DNA of 63,774 bases, the filler included, from Dugesia japonica (lineage: Eukaryota): the NCBI GenBank assembly GCA_001938525.1. It is 5 parts of 5 records of this genome, joined end to end, with 100 filler letters (N's around TTAATTAATTAA, not from the genome) between each part and the next. Parts side by side here need not be neighbours in the genome. Positions count along the whole stretch, not along the records: positions 1 to 8,268 come from MQRL01583713.1; positions 8,369 to 17,588 come from MQRL01610181.1; 3 more parts are not named here. One strand, given 5' to 3'. Positions 1-12,499 of the stretch are shown here, one piece after another. How positions within the stretch are numbered: position 1 is the first letter of the stretch; every line of letters begins with the position of its first letter. Position numbers and translations under genes: made by a program. The notes beneath the pieces were generated by a model. That model ran no database searches. It had not been told where the DNA came from and was given only the letters and a program-made list of their open reading frames with translations.

Positions 1-246
1 TACTGATGACTCATAATGAATATTTTTATTTAAATTTAATTTTTCTTGTTTGCATTCGTTTGTATCACTTTTTTCATCATTTATTAATTTACCAATACAA
101 TCATAGCAAAGTCTGCAACCACAAGTACCACTGTGAGTATTTGACAAAATATTTTTACAAATAATGCATAAATAATCTTTATTTGTTTCATCAATCTCAA
201 ATGAATACTCTTTCAATATTTTGAAAACATCATCGAATTTATCCAT
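1..246 (-). CDS. TRAF-family gene, 5' end (RING region), runs off the left edge of the window
   Basis: Not in the ORF track. The frame is open from the ATG at 246 to base 1: MDKFDDVFKILKEYSFEIDETNKDYLCIICKNILSNTHSGTCGCRLCYDCIGKLINDEKSDTNECKQEKLNLNKNIHYESSV. The CxxC..CGCxxCxxC pattern is a RING, and the strand matches the neighbouring TRAF. Confidence 0.75.
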   Translation of the reverse strand, partial: MDKFDDVFKILKEYSFEIDETNKDYLCIICKNILSNTHSGTCGCRLCYDCIGKLINDEKSDTNECKQEKLNLNKNIHYESSV

Positions 247-1243
247 TTAATCTGCAATCTAAAATCCAAATATCAAAGCAGATATATTTCAATCACATTT
301 TTATTAAATTATCATGTTTTATATTCAATTTAAATTAAATTGTTTAATATATTCAGTGAATTGTATTTTTCAAATTAATTTAAAAACGCACCTAAACAAA
401 CGAATTATTGATAATTTTTATTGAAATTCTTTACACATAAAGTACAATGATAAACTACAAAATTATTCATCATTTAAACAAAACCTTAACATAGAATTTA
501 CGAATGTAATGAATGTTTTTTCTTTAGCAACTTATTTTACTATTATCGCTCTATATGATCGAGGAGTTGCATCGAAATGTTTGTAAACCATTTTATCAGT
601 ACAAATATTATTATCATTTCTTTTATTGGTTTATAAACAAATTGCTCTATAAACAAACCGTTACAAGTTATTGTCGGTGTTGTTTGATTTCAATAAAGTA
701 ATCATTAAATAATTGTAATAGTTAATCAATAATTATTATCGGCATTTTTGAAGTTGATATAAATAATATCGATATTTCCTTGAATAATTAATTTATAATT
801 AATAACATTAAAACCGACCAACTTTTTAATTTCATTTCCAGATTTAGTGTGCCACAACTCTTCCAATGAGAACGAAGCATGTTTCCATAGCAGTCTTTTC
901 AACAATGTATACAATTTTTTATTCTGCTTCAAACAGTAATAAAATATTTTAAAAACTATTTATAATTATATTTAAAAAACTATATAAATAAAAATTTGTT
1001 CAAAATCGATAAACTTCGAAGGATTTTCACCGATTGCCTTGAAATTTTGGCACTACGTTGAAACCGAATCCAGACATGTTCATATATATCTATTGTATTT
1101 TAATATGCTCATGCAATTCTTTTTAAATGAACTTAATTAATTCATTGTGAAATTTGATTAGTTTTAATATTATTTAGCATAACAATGTTTTTAAATCTAA
1201 TTTAAATAAATTTCTTATTATATCATAAGTTGATAACAATAAT

Positions 1244-1774
1244 TAGAGACTCGTATTTTAGCATCTATGTTTTTCAATTTTTGCATTTTGGAGAATTAAA
1301 AAGCTTAGATTTTAGCATCTATTTTTATAAGACATACATATCAAATCATTATTAATTACAAAAAATTTTAACAATTTTTTAATATAAAATATTGACAAAT
1401 ATACATAATTTCCACAATAAACCAAATAGGCCAATCATCAAAATACAAATTCAATTATTGAACTATTCAGGAATGAATTTAACAGTCACAAAGTTCTTTG
1501 GCAGGAAAATTGGGACGATTTAAGTAAGATATATTTAATAAAATGACGAAAATATTTTATTATTTAAAAATAAGACAAAAATATATCATTATTTAAACAC
1601 TAAGTTTGTATGAAAAATATCATTTTATATGTAGGATAATAAAAATTCTTCTAAAAAACAAACAAATTTAGCAATAATTTGTGATTTTAGTATCTATTTG
1701 GATATTTTATGAAATTCACATTTATTAGCATCTATTTCTCATCTATTGCAAAATGCTAAAAATACGTGTCTCTA
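1244..1774. mobile_element. Non-autonomous hAT-like DNA transposon (MITE)
   Basis: TIRs TAGAGACTCGTATTTTAGCAT / ATGCTAAAAATACGTGTCTCTA. Perfect 8-bp TSD ACAATAAT (1236-1243 and 1775-1782). Repeated subterminal TTAGCATCTAT. Confidence 0.85.
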
Positions 1775-1792
1775 ACAATAATACATTATCAT

Positions 1793-2290
1793 TACAATTA
1801 TTGCGAGAATAATTGTTGGACTTCACTATTGATCGCATTTGAGATTTCATTAAAATAAAGAAAAAGCTTCGATCAAAATAAAATGTATTTTTTTCAAATA
1901 CATTTTATTTTGATCGAAGCTTTTTTTTATTTTAATGAAATCTATATTATTTTTATTATTTAAAATTTTTTTTAGAATTTATGTTTTATGTAATGTTTTA
2001 TTTATTTTTTTTAAATAAATGTTTAATGTTTTACTTATGTTATAATTAGTAAAAATACGTGATTTTGTAAAATTTTTAAAAATTAAAAAATATTGACGAG
2101 TTTGTTGAACGAATAAAAGATTATGACTCAATAAAGATGATAAATTTGGTTCATTGGATGTACCAATCACCATTGAAGGACCTGAAAATTGACAAGACAT
2201 TTTATATCATTTTTGGTGATATCTGGAATATTTATATTTTTTTTGTATCTTTCAAAGAAATCACTTAAAATATCACTTACAAAATATTAA
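1793..2290 (+). mobile_element. Penelope-like element remnant (inverted pseudo-LTR plus RT fragment)
   Basis: The terminal motif CAATTATTGCGAGAATAATTGTTGGACTT is shared with 23379, 41505, 52965 and 53520. A hairpin spans about 1842-1943. Bases 2140-2200 (FGSLDV..IEGPEN) match the RT at 52427-52672. Confidence 0.7.
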
Positions 2291-2850
2291 TGAGTTTCTT
2301 TTACTAAAGAAATATGATTTATTTTAGTTATAAATTCATTTTGAGTTTGATTTAATTAAATTTAAAGTTTAAATTAGATTAGATACAATTGAAACATCGT
2401 CAATTTTTCATTTGGGTTAAATTTAAGATTGTGGAAATATCTTTTGTAAGGTTAATATAAATTTCTTTATTAATTTTGTTATTTAATATTTCGAAATAAC
2501 ACAAAAGTTAGAAGTTTTTATATTTTTCTAATAAGACCTTCGGTTAACATAAAACCTCAATAAAAATTTTGTCAATTATAATGAAGTACAAATTTGGTGA
2601 CTACAGCCGTTTGTCAATAGGATTTTCAGGTTAATAAAATTAGAATTATTTAAAATTTTAAATACAAGTCATTATTAATAAAATAAACAAATCCTTTCAC
2701 GATGCAGTAATCCACATACCATAATGTTTCTTTTCAATTATATCTAAAAATTAATCTGTATTATATTTTATCGACAGTTCATCGTTTTCATGCATTAAAG
2801 ATCCTGCAATTACGTTAATAGACATTAATAAAATAGAAAAAACATTTGTA

Positions 2851-2995
2851 CTTACTCCATTCCATAAAAAAAGTTGATTTAATAAATTTAATTTTAATTT
2901 AGATAAATTGTTATATCTCGTATATTTTTGGAAAATACAATTTTTCTTGGTTTTTAAATTCTTTTAAAAATCTACTTTTTATGGGATGGAGTAAG
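2851..2995. mobile_element. Small Tc1/mariner-type MITE (Stowaway-like ends)
   Basis: TIRs CTTACTCCATTCCATAAAAA / TTTTTATGGGATGGAGTAAG, flanked by TA on both sides. Confidence 0.75.
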
Positions 2996-3189
2996 TATAT
3001 AAATTAAAAATACTTTTAAAAGAAAAAAGGCTATGCATAAAAAGTTATGTAATCGTCTTTAGTGCTAACATTTGATAGTACTCCGATTATATAATTTTCA
3101 TCGTCGCATAAATCACTTGCAAAATCATAGGCCACTACATTACATAAAGGGGAAATGTGAGATGGCCCAATGAGCTCATATCTACATTT

Positions 3190-3340
3190 CTTAGTAAAGC
3201 AGAATACTTCTAAGCGCAGTTGATAGGACTAACACGACTTACCTAACATATAGGATTTCGAGTTTGAGATAATATGCTTATTTTTGCTCTGAAAATGCTA
3301 AGATTACCTCTAACCAAACAAGAGCCAGGTTCAGGCTGGG
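3190..3340 (-). mobile_element. SINE-like body homologous to the 5S-headed element at 20801
   Basis: The reverse complement contains CTGAACCTGGCTCTTGTTTGGTTAGAGGTAATCTT and AGTCCTATCAACTGCGCTTAGAAGTATT, which align with 20899-21040. Confidence 0.6.
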
Positions 3341-4204
3341 CTAGCTTATTGATTTACTAAGAAAATAGGTTATATCTGACTTGATTTAATCTAGCAAACC
3401 AAATTAAGAAATGTTAAACTTAGCTCGACTAATAAAAATGATTTATAAATTCTAGAGAAGGGATGAGCAAAATATCGGCTCGCGAGTCATATGTTGCTTT
3501 TCACAATAGTTTGTGGATTTTTATTCAATTTTGTAAAATTTGAGATACCCTTAGATTATTTATTTTAATTTATTTTACATTAATTATTTTAACTAACTTT
3601 GTAATATTTACAGTTTCAAATTTTCAGAAAAATAATTTTAATAGTTTTTGGTTATAAAAGACATTAAGTCATTGTGATTGTATATTAAGTGACTAATGAT
3701 ACCTTAATGAAGCTTTCTTCTATAAATTTGAATAAAACCTTGGGTCAGTATAATTCTATATCTCAAAGTAGTAAAATATTATGCTGATCTAAAATACTTT
3801 GTAGCTTTTTAATATTTCAAAGAGCTTTTAGTAGGTATTTAAAGATTTCATGCCTACCATGTATCTATTCTATTTAAGGCTCTCATGGATTTTATTTACA
3901 TATTTTCACGTTCATTCACTTATTATTATTCACATTTTATTGTGATATGTCACTTACTTATTAAATTAAAATATACTTTAAATAAATTCATTTTGTTTAA
4001 ATAATATATTTTAATAAGAAATCAGAAATTTGAATTTGATAAATATTGCCATCTCAGTCTTGTACTTATGGAATCGAAATTTTACAAACTCAACAAAAAT
4101 AAAAATAAATTGTTGAATCACAACAATATTAAATTGTAAACAAATTATTCAATTTTCCATCGATTTCAATCAAAATAAAATATAAAACTCAATGGAATCA
4201 TTAA

Positions 4205-5473
4205 CAGCGACGGATCCATTTATTTTTCTTGGGGGGGGGCGATAAAAAATAATTACGTCATTAATTATGTAAACCGCCAGGAATTAAATTTTTTGTTTCA
4301 ATAAAGTGAAATTAATGATTTTTTGTTAAAATTTACTAAAATTAATTTTTATTAATTGTCACGGAAATCTAATAGAAAATCTCATTTTGTTTAAATACTT
4401 AATTTTTTAAAAAAAAAATTAAATATTTTCAAAATGAAGAAATTTAACTAAGGCTTTGTCCAAAAATATTTTTTAATTTTTATTAAGGTTAAAAATTTTA
4501 AACATTTTATTTTCTTGGACCGAATATTTAGATTTTATCTTCTTCAGGAGTTTTGATCAAAGAAATTGAATAAATTAATAACAATTCTCGAAGAAGATAA
4601 ACTCGAATATTGGTGGATTTAAATTAAATTTTGAAAATTTTAAACTTTAATAATAAATTTAAAAACCTTTTTTGATCTAAGCCTTACTATATTTTCTTAA
4701 TTTTGAAAATATTTAATTTTATCATTCAGAGATCAATTGTTAAAAATTTTAAAAAAAGTGAATAATTACCAAAAAAGTAACTTTCACAATAAACAAATTT
4801 TTTACAAATAATTCAAATTTTCATGGGAATCCGGGTGAACAGTCCAAGTTTTTCAAAAAAACATTTTTCTGTTCAGATTTCAAATACTTTAATATCAATC
4901 TGTTCAGAATTTGACGGGGGTCATTTTTTAGTTTTTTCAATATTTTACAAAGATTTTTCGAAAAATAAATACTATTTCAAATTGTATCATCCATCCATCT
5001 ATTCAATAGAGAATTTTATGTTGAGTAAGAATAACACGAGTACAATTGCCAAAACGTATTTCCGAGGAAATAATTGTAAATAACAATAAAAAGCAAACAA
5101 GTACAATTTCGATTTAAGGCCAATTTTTATTATAAAATTTATTTAATTTATCATTTTTAGTATTTAATATTTTTACAGAATATATATAGATCCTGAATTA
5201 CTAAACCAAAATTTTAGACTTAATTTCTAAACCACTTTGTAATCCGGCGATGTGGTTCAGTGCGCAACTATCTATCTACTTTATTTTTAATTTAAAATTA
5301 TTTTTATCTTATTCATTTTGAATTTTTGATACAAAATTGTTTTTAATTATTTCTTCTTTACTTTCCCATACTACTATCCTAATATTCACTTAAATAGTCG
5401 CTCCTTATTATTATATAACTTTTGGTTATGAGGGGGTGATCGCCTCCATCACCTCCCTGTGGATCCGTTCTTG
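4205..5473. mobile_element. Non-autonomous hAT-like element containing a nested inverted repeat
   Basis: TIRs CAGCGACGGATCCA / TGGATCCGTTCTTG with G-run subterminals. Perfect 8-bp TSD ATCATTAA (4197-4204 and 5474-5481). Confidence 0.85.
4415..4930. repeat. Imperfect inverted repeat (arms about 4415-4552 and 4585-4720) of a dispersed family also at 26655-26960
   Basis: The arms are reverse complements by eye. The right arm and its continuation align with 26655-26960. It carries CTGAAGA hammerhead-like cores. Confidence 0.65.
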
Positions 5474-7007
5474 ATCATTAATGATGATCACAAATATGTA
5501 TATTAAATATTACTGAATTCAGTTAGTAAAAGGTTTATACATTTGCCAAATAATTTTTCTATAATTTTCAATAATTATGAAGAATTTCAACCAATAGGAA
5601 TTAAGATAAATTATTTTAATAAATGATTGGTTTCTATTTCACCTTGTTGTATTAAATAAATTTATAGTTATTAATTGTGAAATAAATAGTGAATATGTTT
5701 CAAATGAATAGTTGTGATTTAGAAAAACAATTGTCTTTAGAACATTTACCTAACAGTGAGATTGTTCAATATTTTGACATAACCTTCACCAGAAACCATA
5801 ATTTCAATTAATTCTAACCATAAACTCTAATAGAAACTCAATTCAAATTAATTTGATTATAAATCAAATTAAATTCGTTAAATCAATAATAATAAATTAA
5901 ATTTACTCAACAAATTTAATTAAAACAATTTTCTACTTTATTAAAATATTGAACAAATTAACAAAATAGAAAAAAAATAATTTTTCTCTTCACATTTTAT
6001 CTGATAAATAAAATATTAATGATTAACAAGTGAAAACATTTATTTTAATGCTTACGCAAATTAACCGAAAACATTTTCAATGAATTTAATGTTTAAATTT
6101 ATTAACCAATAAGAATTGATTTAAATCAAATTACTTTTAACTATTTGAGAATAATCAAATTAATCTCATCTGATACATTCAATCTTGTATTTTGTAGAAT
6201 ATCTTAGAAGATTTGTTGCTTAATATTGGAGTCATTTGTATTGCTTATGATATGTTAATACTTAACATATTATGGAATTAAAATGAAAATAATTTTAGTT
6301 GTTTTTAGTTGGATTAATATTGATTATTTGATATTTGGAATAAATGATTATTTAGATTTGATGTTATTTATCGAAGTTCGAAAATTTGTTCGGTTTCGAC
6401 AATTATTCATGTATTTTGATACCGGATCAGATGAATTTGACTGGTTTTTACGCTTACTGGATAATTCGTGTGTTTGTAAATATTCTGATTTATAGAAATT
6501 GAGAACATTTCTAATCGTTTCAATTATTATTTGTAGACTTTTCAGTAGAAATTTGTTAAATATAAATGACTTTTTAATTTCAGTTAATTGATTGAAAATA
6601 TGTCCTGAATAGATATTTAAGAATTTATGTTTGTGGAAATGTTTTTCTATCCAATCACAACTGTTTGATCAAACCAATCAGAACCATTTATTAAAATATG
6701 ATTTTCAAATATATTTGCAACTCAGAATGTTTAGAAATGAAAATTATTTACATATTAATCTAAAAATAAAATGAAAATAAATTGTTTGAATCTGCACAAA
6801 ATTATATGATCGACAAATTATTCGATTTTCTATCAATCTCAATGAAAAATACAAAATCTGTAAATTCATTTGATAAATAATATTGATAACAAAAATGAAT
6901 ATTTAATATTATTGATTGTTTGTATTTGAAGTATACAAATAATCACAATAAATATTATTGGTTTATTTATTTATTTATAATAAATATTTTGTTCAATTAA
7001 GAATAAT

Positions 7008-8268
7008 TCATTGTGGAATATTTGTTCTGCATTTTATCAATAGTTGATCATTTTTCAAAAGATTTCTAATATCTGATAATGGTAATAATGGTAGAAAACA
7101 AATACCATTATTTCTTTTACTTGTTGGTTTATTCCATCCGGCACTATTTGATCGTTTATTATATTTTATTTCTTTACTTTTATAAATTTGATTATTATTC
7201 TGATTGATCAAATCAATGCAAACATCGCATTTGGAAGGCCAGGATAAATTATCATCAAATTCACACTGCATCAAATGTAAATAAACATGCAAAATATCTC
7301 CGAGAAAATTATGATGAATAAAGATGCTCAAACACATTTGATAGCCATTAGGAAAAGCCAAAAATGAATTACTGTAAACTTGTTTGCCTTTTTCTAATTG
7401 GGTAAATCCAATTTTCCAATTGAATTCTCGTATTTCCGATAATTTCATTTGTAAATCATTTATTTGTGTATTGATTGGATTTTTCATCATTTCATCAATT
7501 TTATTAGATTGATTCCTCAAAGTCACAGTTTCAATTTTAAATTCAAAAATTTTATTCATAAATTCTTTCTGTAAATCAATTCCAAATCAATATTTCAAAC
7601 AAATAATCGATTTTACTTGTTTATTTTCCATAACTTTTAATTTAATTTTNNNNNNNNNNNNNNNNNNNNNNNNNNNNNNNNNNNNNNNNNNNNNNNNNNN
7701 NNNNNNNNNNNNNNNNNNNNNNNNNNNNNNNNNNNNNNNNNNNNNNATTAATTAATTTTTACATTTTTATTTATATTATTTATTTTCATTACTTTTATCT
7801 CATCTTTCAAATATCGATTTTCATTTTTCAACAACACCATATTTGTATTCAATTCAATAATTTCATCATTATTCATCTTTTCTTTTCTTTCCAATTCACA
7901 AAATTTTATCTAAATTATTCACAAAATGAATCATTCAAATAAAACAACAAATTTACTTGATTTACATTTCTATCTAATTTTAAAACTTTTATCTCATCTT
8001 TCAATGATTTATTTTCATTTTTCAATTCTCCAATATCTTTCTTCAATAATTCCATCTCATTTCTCATATTCTCAATCAATTCTAATAATAAATTAGAATG
8101 AGTAACAATCTCAGATAAAAAATGATTATTCATGTTATCATTGGTCAAATTAGATTGTTTGCATCCAATTTTAAAATATGGACAATTTATTTGCTGGAAA
8201 TTACACACTCGAATATGATATTCTATATTTCTTATTTCATCTTTGAATTGACATCCTTTTGGACATTT
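7008..8268 (-). CDS. TRAF-family protein (Zn-finger, coiled coil, MATH/TRAF-C); 5' end lost at the scaffold end
   Basis: Exons 8268-7957 (KCPKGC..H..C..CPYFKIGC..H), 7909-7763, 7649-7617 (after a gap) and 7568-7008. Introns are GT-AG, 47-48 nt, phase 0. MATH motifs FNWKI, YSNSF..GYQMCL and FDDNLSWP. Confidence 0.9.
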
Positions 8269-8368
8269 NNNNNNNNNNNNNNNNNNNNNNNNNNNNNNNN
8301 NNNNNNNNNNNNTTAATTAATTAANNNNNNNNNNNNNNNNNNNNNNNNNNNNNNNNNNNNNNNNNNNN
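8269..8368. other. Artificial scaffold-joining linker
   Basis: 44 N + TTAATTAATTAA (stops in all six frames) + 44 N. Confidence 0.95.
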
Positions 8369-9223
8369 TAACATTAAGTTTTCTAATTATTTAAATTTAT
8401 TTATTTCATATTTTAATTTCCTAGAATTAGGAACTCGAATTTATGGACAAAAATATTAATTTATTCTGTTCTTGAAAAAATTACTAATATTAGCATAAAA
8501 AATTGTGCAGTGTTTAATTTATTCTAGAATTTCAATATCGAAAAAAGTATATATACTGATTGCAAAATCAGTTTAATGAGACAAAAAATTATTTGAGCTA
8601 AATATTAGCAGTCACAAAATTTTGCTAAAGCTAGCAGTTAAATTAAATGGTCTTTTTTGATAATTATTTTTGAATCCGTTTGGATTATTATCCTATTTAT
8701 TAAAACCTATTTCTTTCGAATAGAGTTCTCATATTTAATTGGGATAAAACCATCTATTCTCTGAATCACGCGATGCAGTAATTACTGCNNNNNNNNNNNN
8801 NNNNNNNNNNNNNNNNNNNNNNNNNNNNNNNNNNNNNNCTACACTGACTTTTTACTACTATGCATTGATCAATCTTCTCAAATATTTTATTTTGTCTTGT
8901 TATCTTTGATATCCCTGCCCAATGTTAACAACAATCTCGTGTAGATATTGATAATTTTGTCTTTCACTCTGAGGAACCTGTTTTTCTATTGGCTAGAACA
9001 AGTATGTTGCNNNNNNNNNNNNNNNNNNNNNNNNNNNNNNNNNNNNNNNNNNNNNNNNNNNNNNNNNNNAAAAAAAGTTGAGTACATTGCGTAAACCTTC
9101 ACAGCATTTTCTAGTCTTAGGTAACAAATCCGCTGTTGTCTTATGATGATGCTAAATCCTGAATGGAAACTGAGGATGCCTATTGCATCTTCATTGTATA
9201 TTCAGAAGAAGTAGATCAGATTC

Positions 9224-9452
9224 CAGGATTCGATGGTCTGAATGGTTTGGAGTTTTGGGATTTTTGATACACTGAAACACTTTTATATTTTTCACTTGGT
9301 CCTGAATATGGATTTGGGTCGAAATAATCTCTAAAATGTATTTCTTATCTAAATACTCGACGACTATTTAATTTAGTTTTATGGTCATCACTTTCTTATT
9401 TATATTTGCTTCGACCATATTTTTCCGACTGATATTTTGGATATTTATTCAA
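9224..9452 (-). pseudogene. Inverted partial duplicate of CFAP96 coding sequence (10199-10433)
   Basis: The reverse complement aligns base by base with 10199-10433, with substitutions, a small deletion and in-frame stops. Confidence 0.9.
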
Positions 9453-9736
9453 AAATAAATGATATGAAAAATTATTCATTGAAAAAAACCAATAGATACA
9501 TTATTAATATGCGAACACTTTTTTCATATTAATGATAAATAATATAAAATTAAGAAGCATTATAAATTTATTTCTTTTAAAATTTCACTATTGGATATTT
9601 TCAATTATTTAAGTTTATTGTTTTAATTGTTCATTTCATTGACGATAATACTTAGCACTTTTAAATTGAAAATTTTTATTTTAATTAAGTTAATTTTTAA
9701 ATTAATAATTCACAGGATTTATTAGAATCTATAAAA

Positions 9737-10672
9737 ATGACTACCAAATCTGACATGGAAAGAGTTGGACTGTTTAAGGAACTTGGATATCATACTATAG
9801 GTGATCCGTATAAATCACTTGGTTCTCAACAGTTTAATCAGTCTGCAAGCAAAGGGAAACAAATTTTGCCGGGTGGTGAAAAAATGAAATCTGCCACCAA
9901 TATTGGATATTTTGGAGAATTTTCACGAGTTTTTGATGGAGAATCATATTCTGATCCAATTAAACTTATGAGGAAAAACAGAAGTGAAGCATCTAAAAAA
10001 AAGCTTGGTAAAGATTGGGTTCCTGCTAATGGTTTAAAAAATCCCTGTGGAACAGGAACGTATTATGGAACATTTTCTGGGCCAATAACGCATTTTGAAG
10101 CAATTTCAAAAGAACAACGTAGTAAAGGTCCTGAAGGAAAAAATTTTTACACTAACCCATTAAAAAAAGGAGTTGGATACGGTTATGTTGGATTAACATT
10201 GAATAAATATCCAGAATATCAATCGGAAAAATATGATCGAAGCAAAGCTATTGCTAAACAAGAAAGTGATGACCATAAAACTAAATTAAATAGTCGTGGA
10301 GTATTCAGATTAGGAATGCATTTGAGAGATTATTTCGACCCAAATCCATATTCAGGACCAAGTGAAAAATATAGAAGTATATCAGCGGGTCAAAAATCCC
10401 AAGACTCCAAACCATTCAGACCATCGAATCCTGCTAAATTAGATGGTGGAATGAAAGCTGGATGCTTCAGTCATTTTCCTGAATATTCTGCTGAACCATA
10501 TAAAACTAAAATAGCAACTCGGCCAGTAAACATAGTTAATTCGTCGGGAAGAACTTTTATTCCTTCTACAGGACCAAAAAGCAGACCAATAAACTCTGTT
10601 TTACAACAGAATATAATCAGAACTATTACACCAGCAAACTATCGACAAATTCAGTCGGTAATGAGCTATTAA
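9737..10672 (+). CDS. CFAP96: Cilia- and flagella-associated protein 96 (C4orf47/UPF0602 family), intronless
   Basis: 311-aa ORF with family motifs DMERVGLF, YHTIGDPY, KQILPGG, PCGTGTYYGT, GKNFYTNP.KKG.GYGY, GGMKAGCF and GPKSRP, ending in SY. Confidence 0.9.
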   Translation: MTTKSDMERVGLFKELGYHTIGDPYKSLGSQQFNQSASKGKQILPGGEKMKSATNIGYFGEFSRVFDGESYSDPIKLMRKNRSEASKKKLGKDWVPANGLKNPCGTGTYYGTFSGPITHFEAISKEQRSKGPEGKNFYTNPLKKGVGYGYVGLTLNKYPEYQSEKYDRSKAIAKQESDDHKTKLNSRGVFRLGMHLRDYFDPNPYSGPSEKYRSISAGQKSQDSKPFRPSNPAKLDGGMKAGCFSHFPEYSAEPYKTKIATRPVNIVNSSGRTFIPSTGPKSRPINSVLQQNIIRTITPANYRQIQSVMSY

Positions 10673-12499
10673 ACATTTATTATTTTTCTTATTTCTACAA
10701 ACTATATACGATTATTTTAGATGACTATGTATATTGTTTTGATTATTAATTTGAAATATTTAAAGATTAATTAAATTTCAATTAATTAATGTTTTTTAAT
10801 TTTATTTTATAGAAATTGTTTTTTTTTGTTGAAAAAATTCAAACAAATTAAAATTTTTAATTAATTAAAAAGTTATTCAATTTAATAAATTTATGAAATT
10901 TAATTATTATTTAATTATGAACAATAATAATTATTGAATTTAATTAATAAATTCCCAGTATGTTAACAAAATAAATANNNNNNNNNNNNNNNNNNNNNNN
11001 NNNNNNNNNNNNNNNNNNNNNNNNNNNNNNNNNNNNNNNNNNNNNNNNNNNNNNNNNNNNNNNNNNNNNNNNNAATAATAAAATGAACTTGAAAATGAAT
11101 TATAAACTAAAAGAGAAATGAAAAAAAATTAAACGTAATTTATTTAATTCACTGCAGTCTACTTTATAAAATTATGTAGGTGGAGTGTCGAGAATGAGAA
11201 AAGATTAAAAGTGAGAAAACAAATACTCGATCAAAGTGGAATAAGGAGGAAATAAAATATTGTAAATCATTTATTTAAGATATAAAATAAATTATTTAAT
11301 GGAAAGAATCAGTAATTTGAGAAAATAAATTAATTAGAAGAAATAACCTATCAGAATAACTCGATTAAAAATAATATAATAGTAGTATTTTGTTTATCAA
11401 CATTTGGATTTTTCAACTGTTCAATCACACACAAGCTCACTTATGCTTTATTTACTTTGTTGGAGTAGAACACCTGGTAGAATGATAATAATATCGATAG
11501 GTAGAGGCGAAATCGAAGAAGATATCAGAAGGAGAAATAAAGAATCCGGAAAATAGGAGGTCAGTGATAAGTTAAGGAAAGAAGTAAAAGGAAGAATAGG
11601 AAATTAAAACATAGGCAATGGCCAGCGCAATCTGGAAACAACTTGAAAATGAGGAAACCAAAAAAGAAAGAACATAACAAAAGACAACAGCAGACTGGGG
11701 AAACAAAGAAAACGGAAAATAATAACCGTAGCAAATAATTTAGNGAAAAAAATAAAGAAAATTGAATCAAATCAATGATAAAAGAGGGAAGAAATAAATT
11801 AAATGAATTATTTATGGAAAGAAACGCCTTAATTAAATAAAAGTTCTGCTTGAAACGAAAATGGCGATATAATTAATAAATTAATTGAGAAGAAAATAAA
11901 AATAAACAGTTAATTTATTAAATAAATAAATCACGCCAATTAAAACGATTTGTTATAAAAAAAAGAATTAAATTTTAGAAGAAAATAAAAATTTAAGAAA
12001 ACGAAGGAAAAGCAGCATATGAGAAAATTATGGTCAAGAAAACGTCAAATATTTCGAAAATTCAATCTAGAAAATCAAAACTCAACCAAGAAGGAATTTT
12101 ATAATTAGAGAACAAATGCAGTACCAGAGAACAAGGAAGTTGCCAGGGTTTCAGAGATAGCCAACCGGGTTCCACCAGTTTTGAATTCCAAAACATTGAC
12201 CAATGAGAAGAAATAATGTGATAGAGTGTGAATAAGTTGGTCAATAAGAATGGTAGAAAGAAGAAACGATGCTAATTAACCAATAATAATAATTGGTATA
12301 AATAGGGCAGTAATTTTCAGAAACAATCAATCAGATAAATTCACTTTTAAATTGACACTAAAGAGCAATAGAGGATGGATCATCTTTTTTTAAAGCAAGT
12401 TGTTTAAATTAAAAACTTGATCAAATTTTAAATTAAAAACATGATAGAAAATCTATAGATTTATTAAACTAATAATTGCTTGAGAACTTTTCTTTTAAA

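Noticed and set aside
3-25. CTGATGA at the window start as a hammerhead core
   Set aside because: There is no GAAA or stem geometry, and it is the antisense of the open TRAF frame.
726-932. ORF with IDIIYINFKNA resembling a CR1 RT motif
   Set aside because: A single motif in a short ORF; at most a tiny LINE scrap.
5695-5800. SLEHLPNSEI as an F-box start
   Set aside because: The match is short and followed by low-complexity sequence, with no downstream exons found.
11400-12300. Purine-rich possible gag relic with a broken Zn knuckle
   Set aside because: It needs frameshifts to read, and no LTR or pol is visible.
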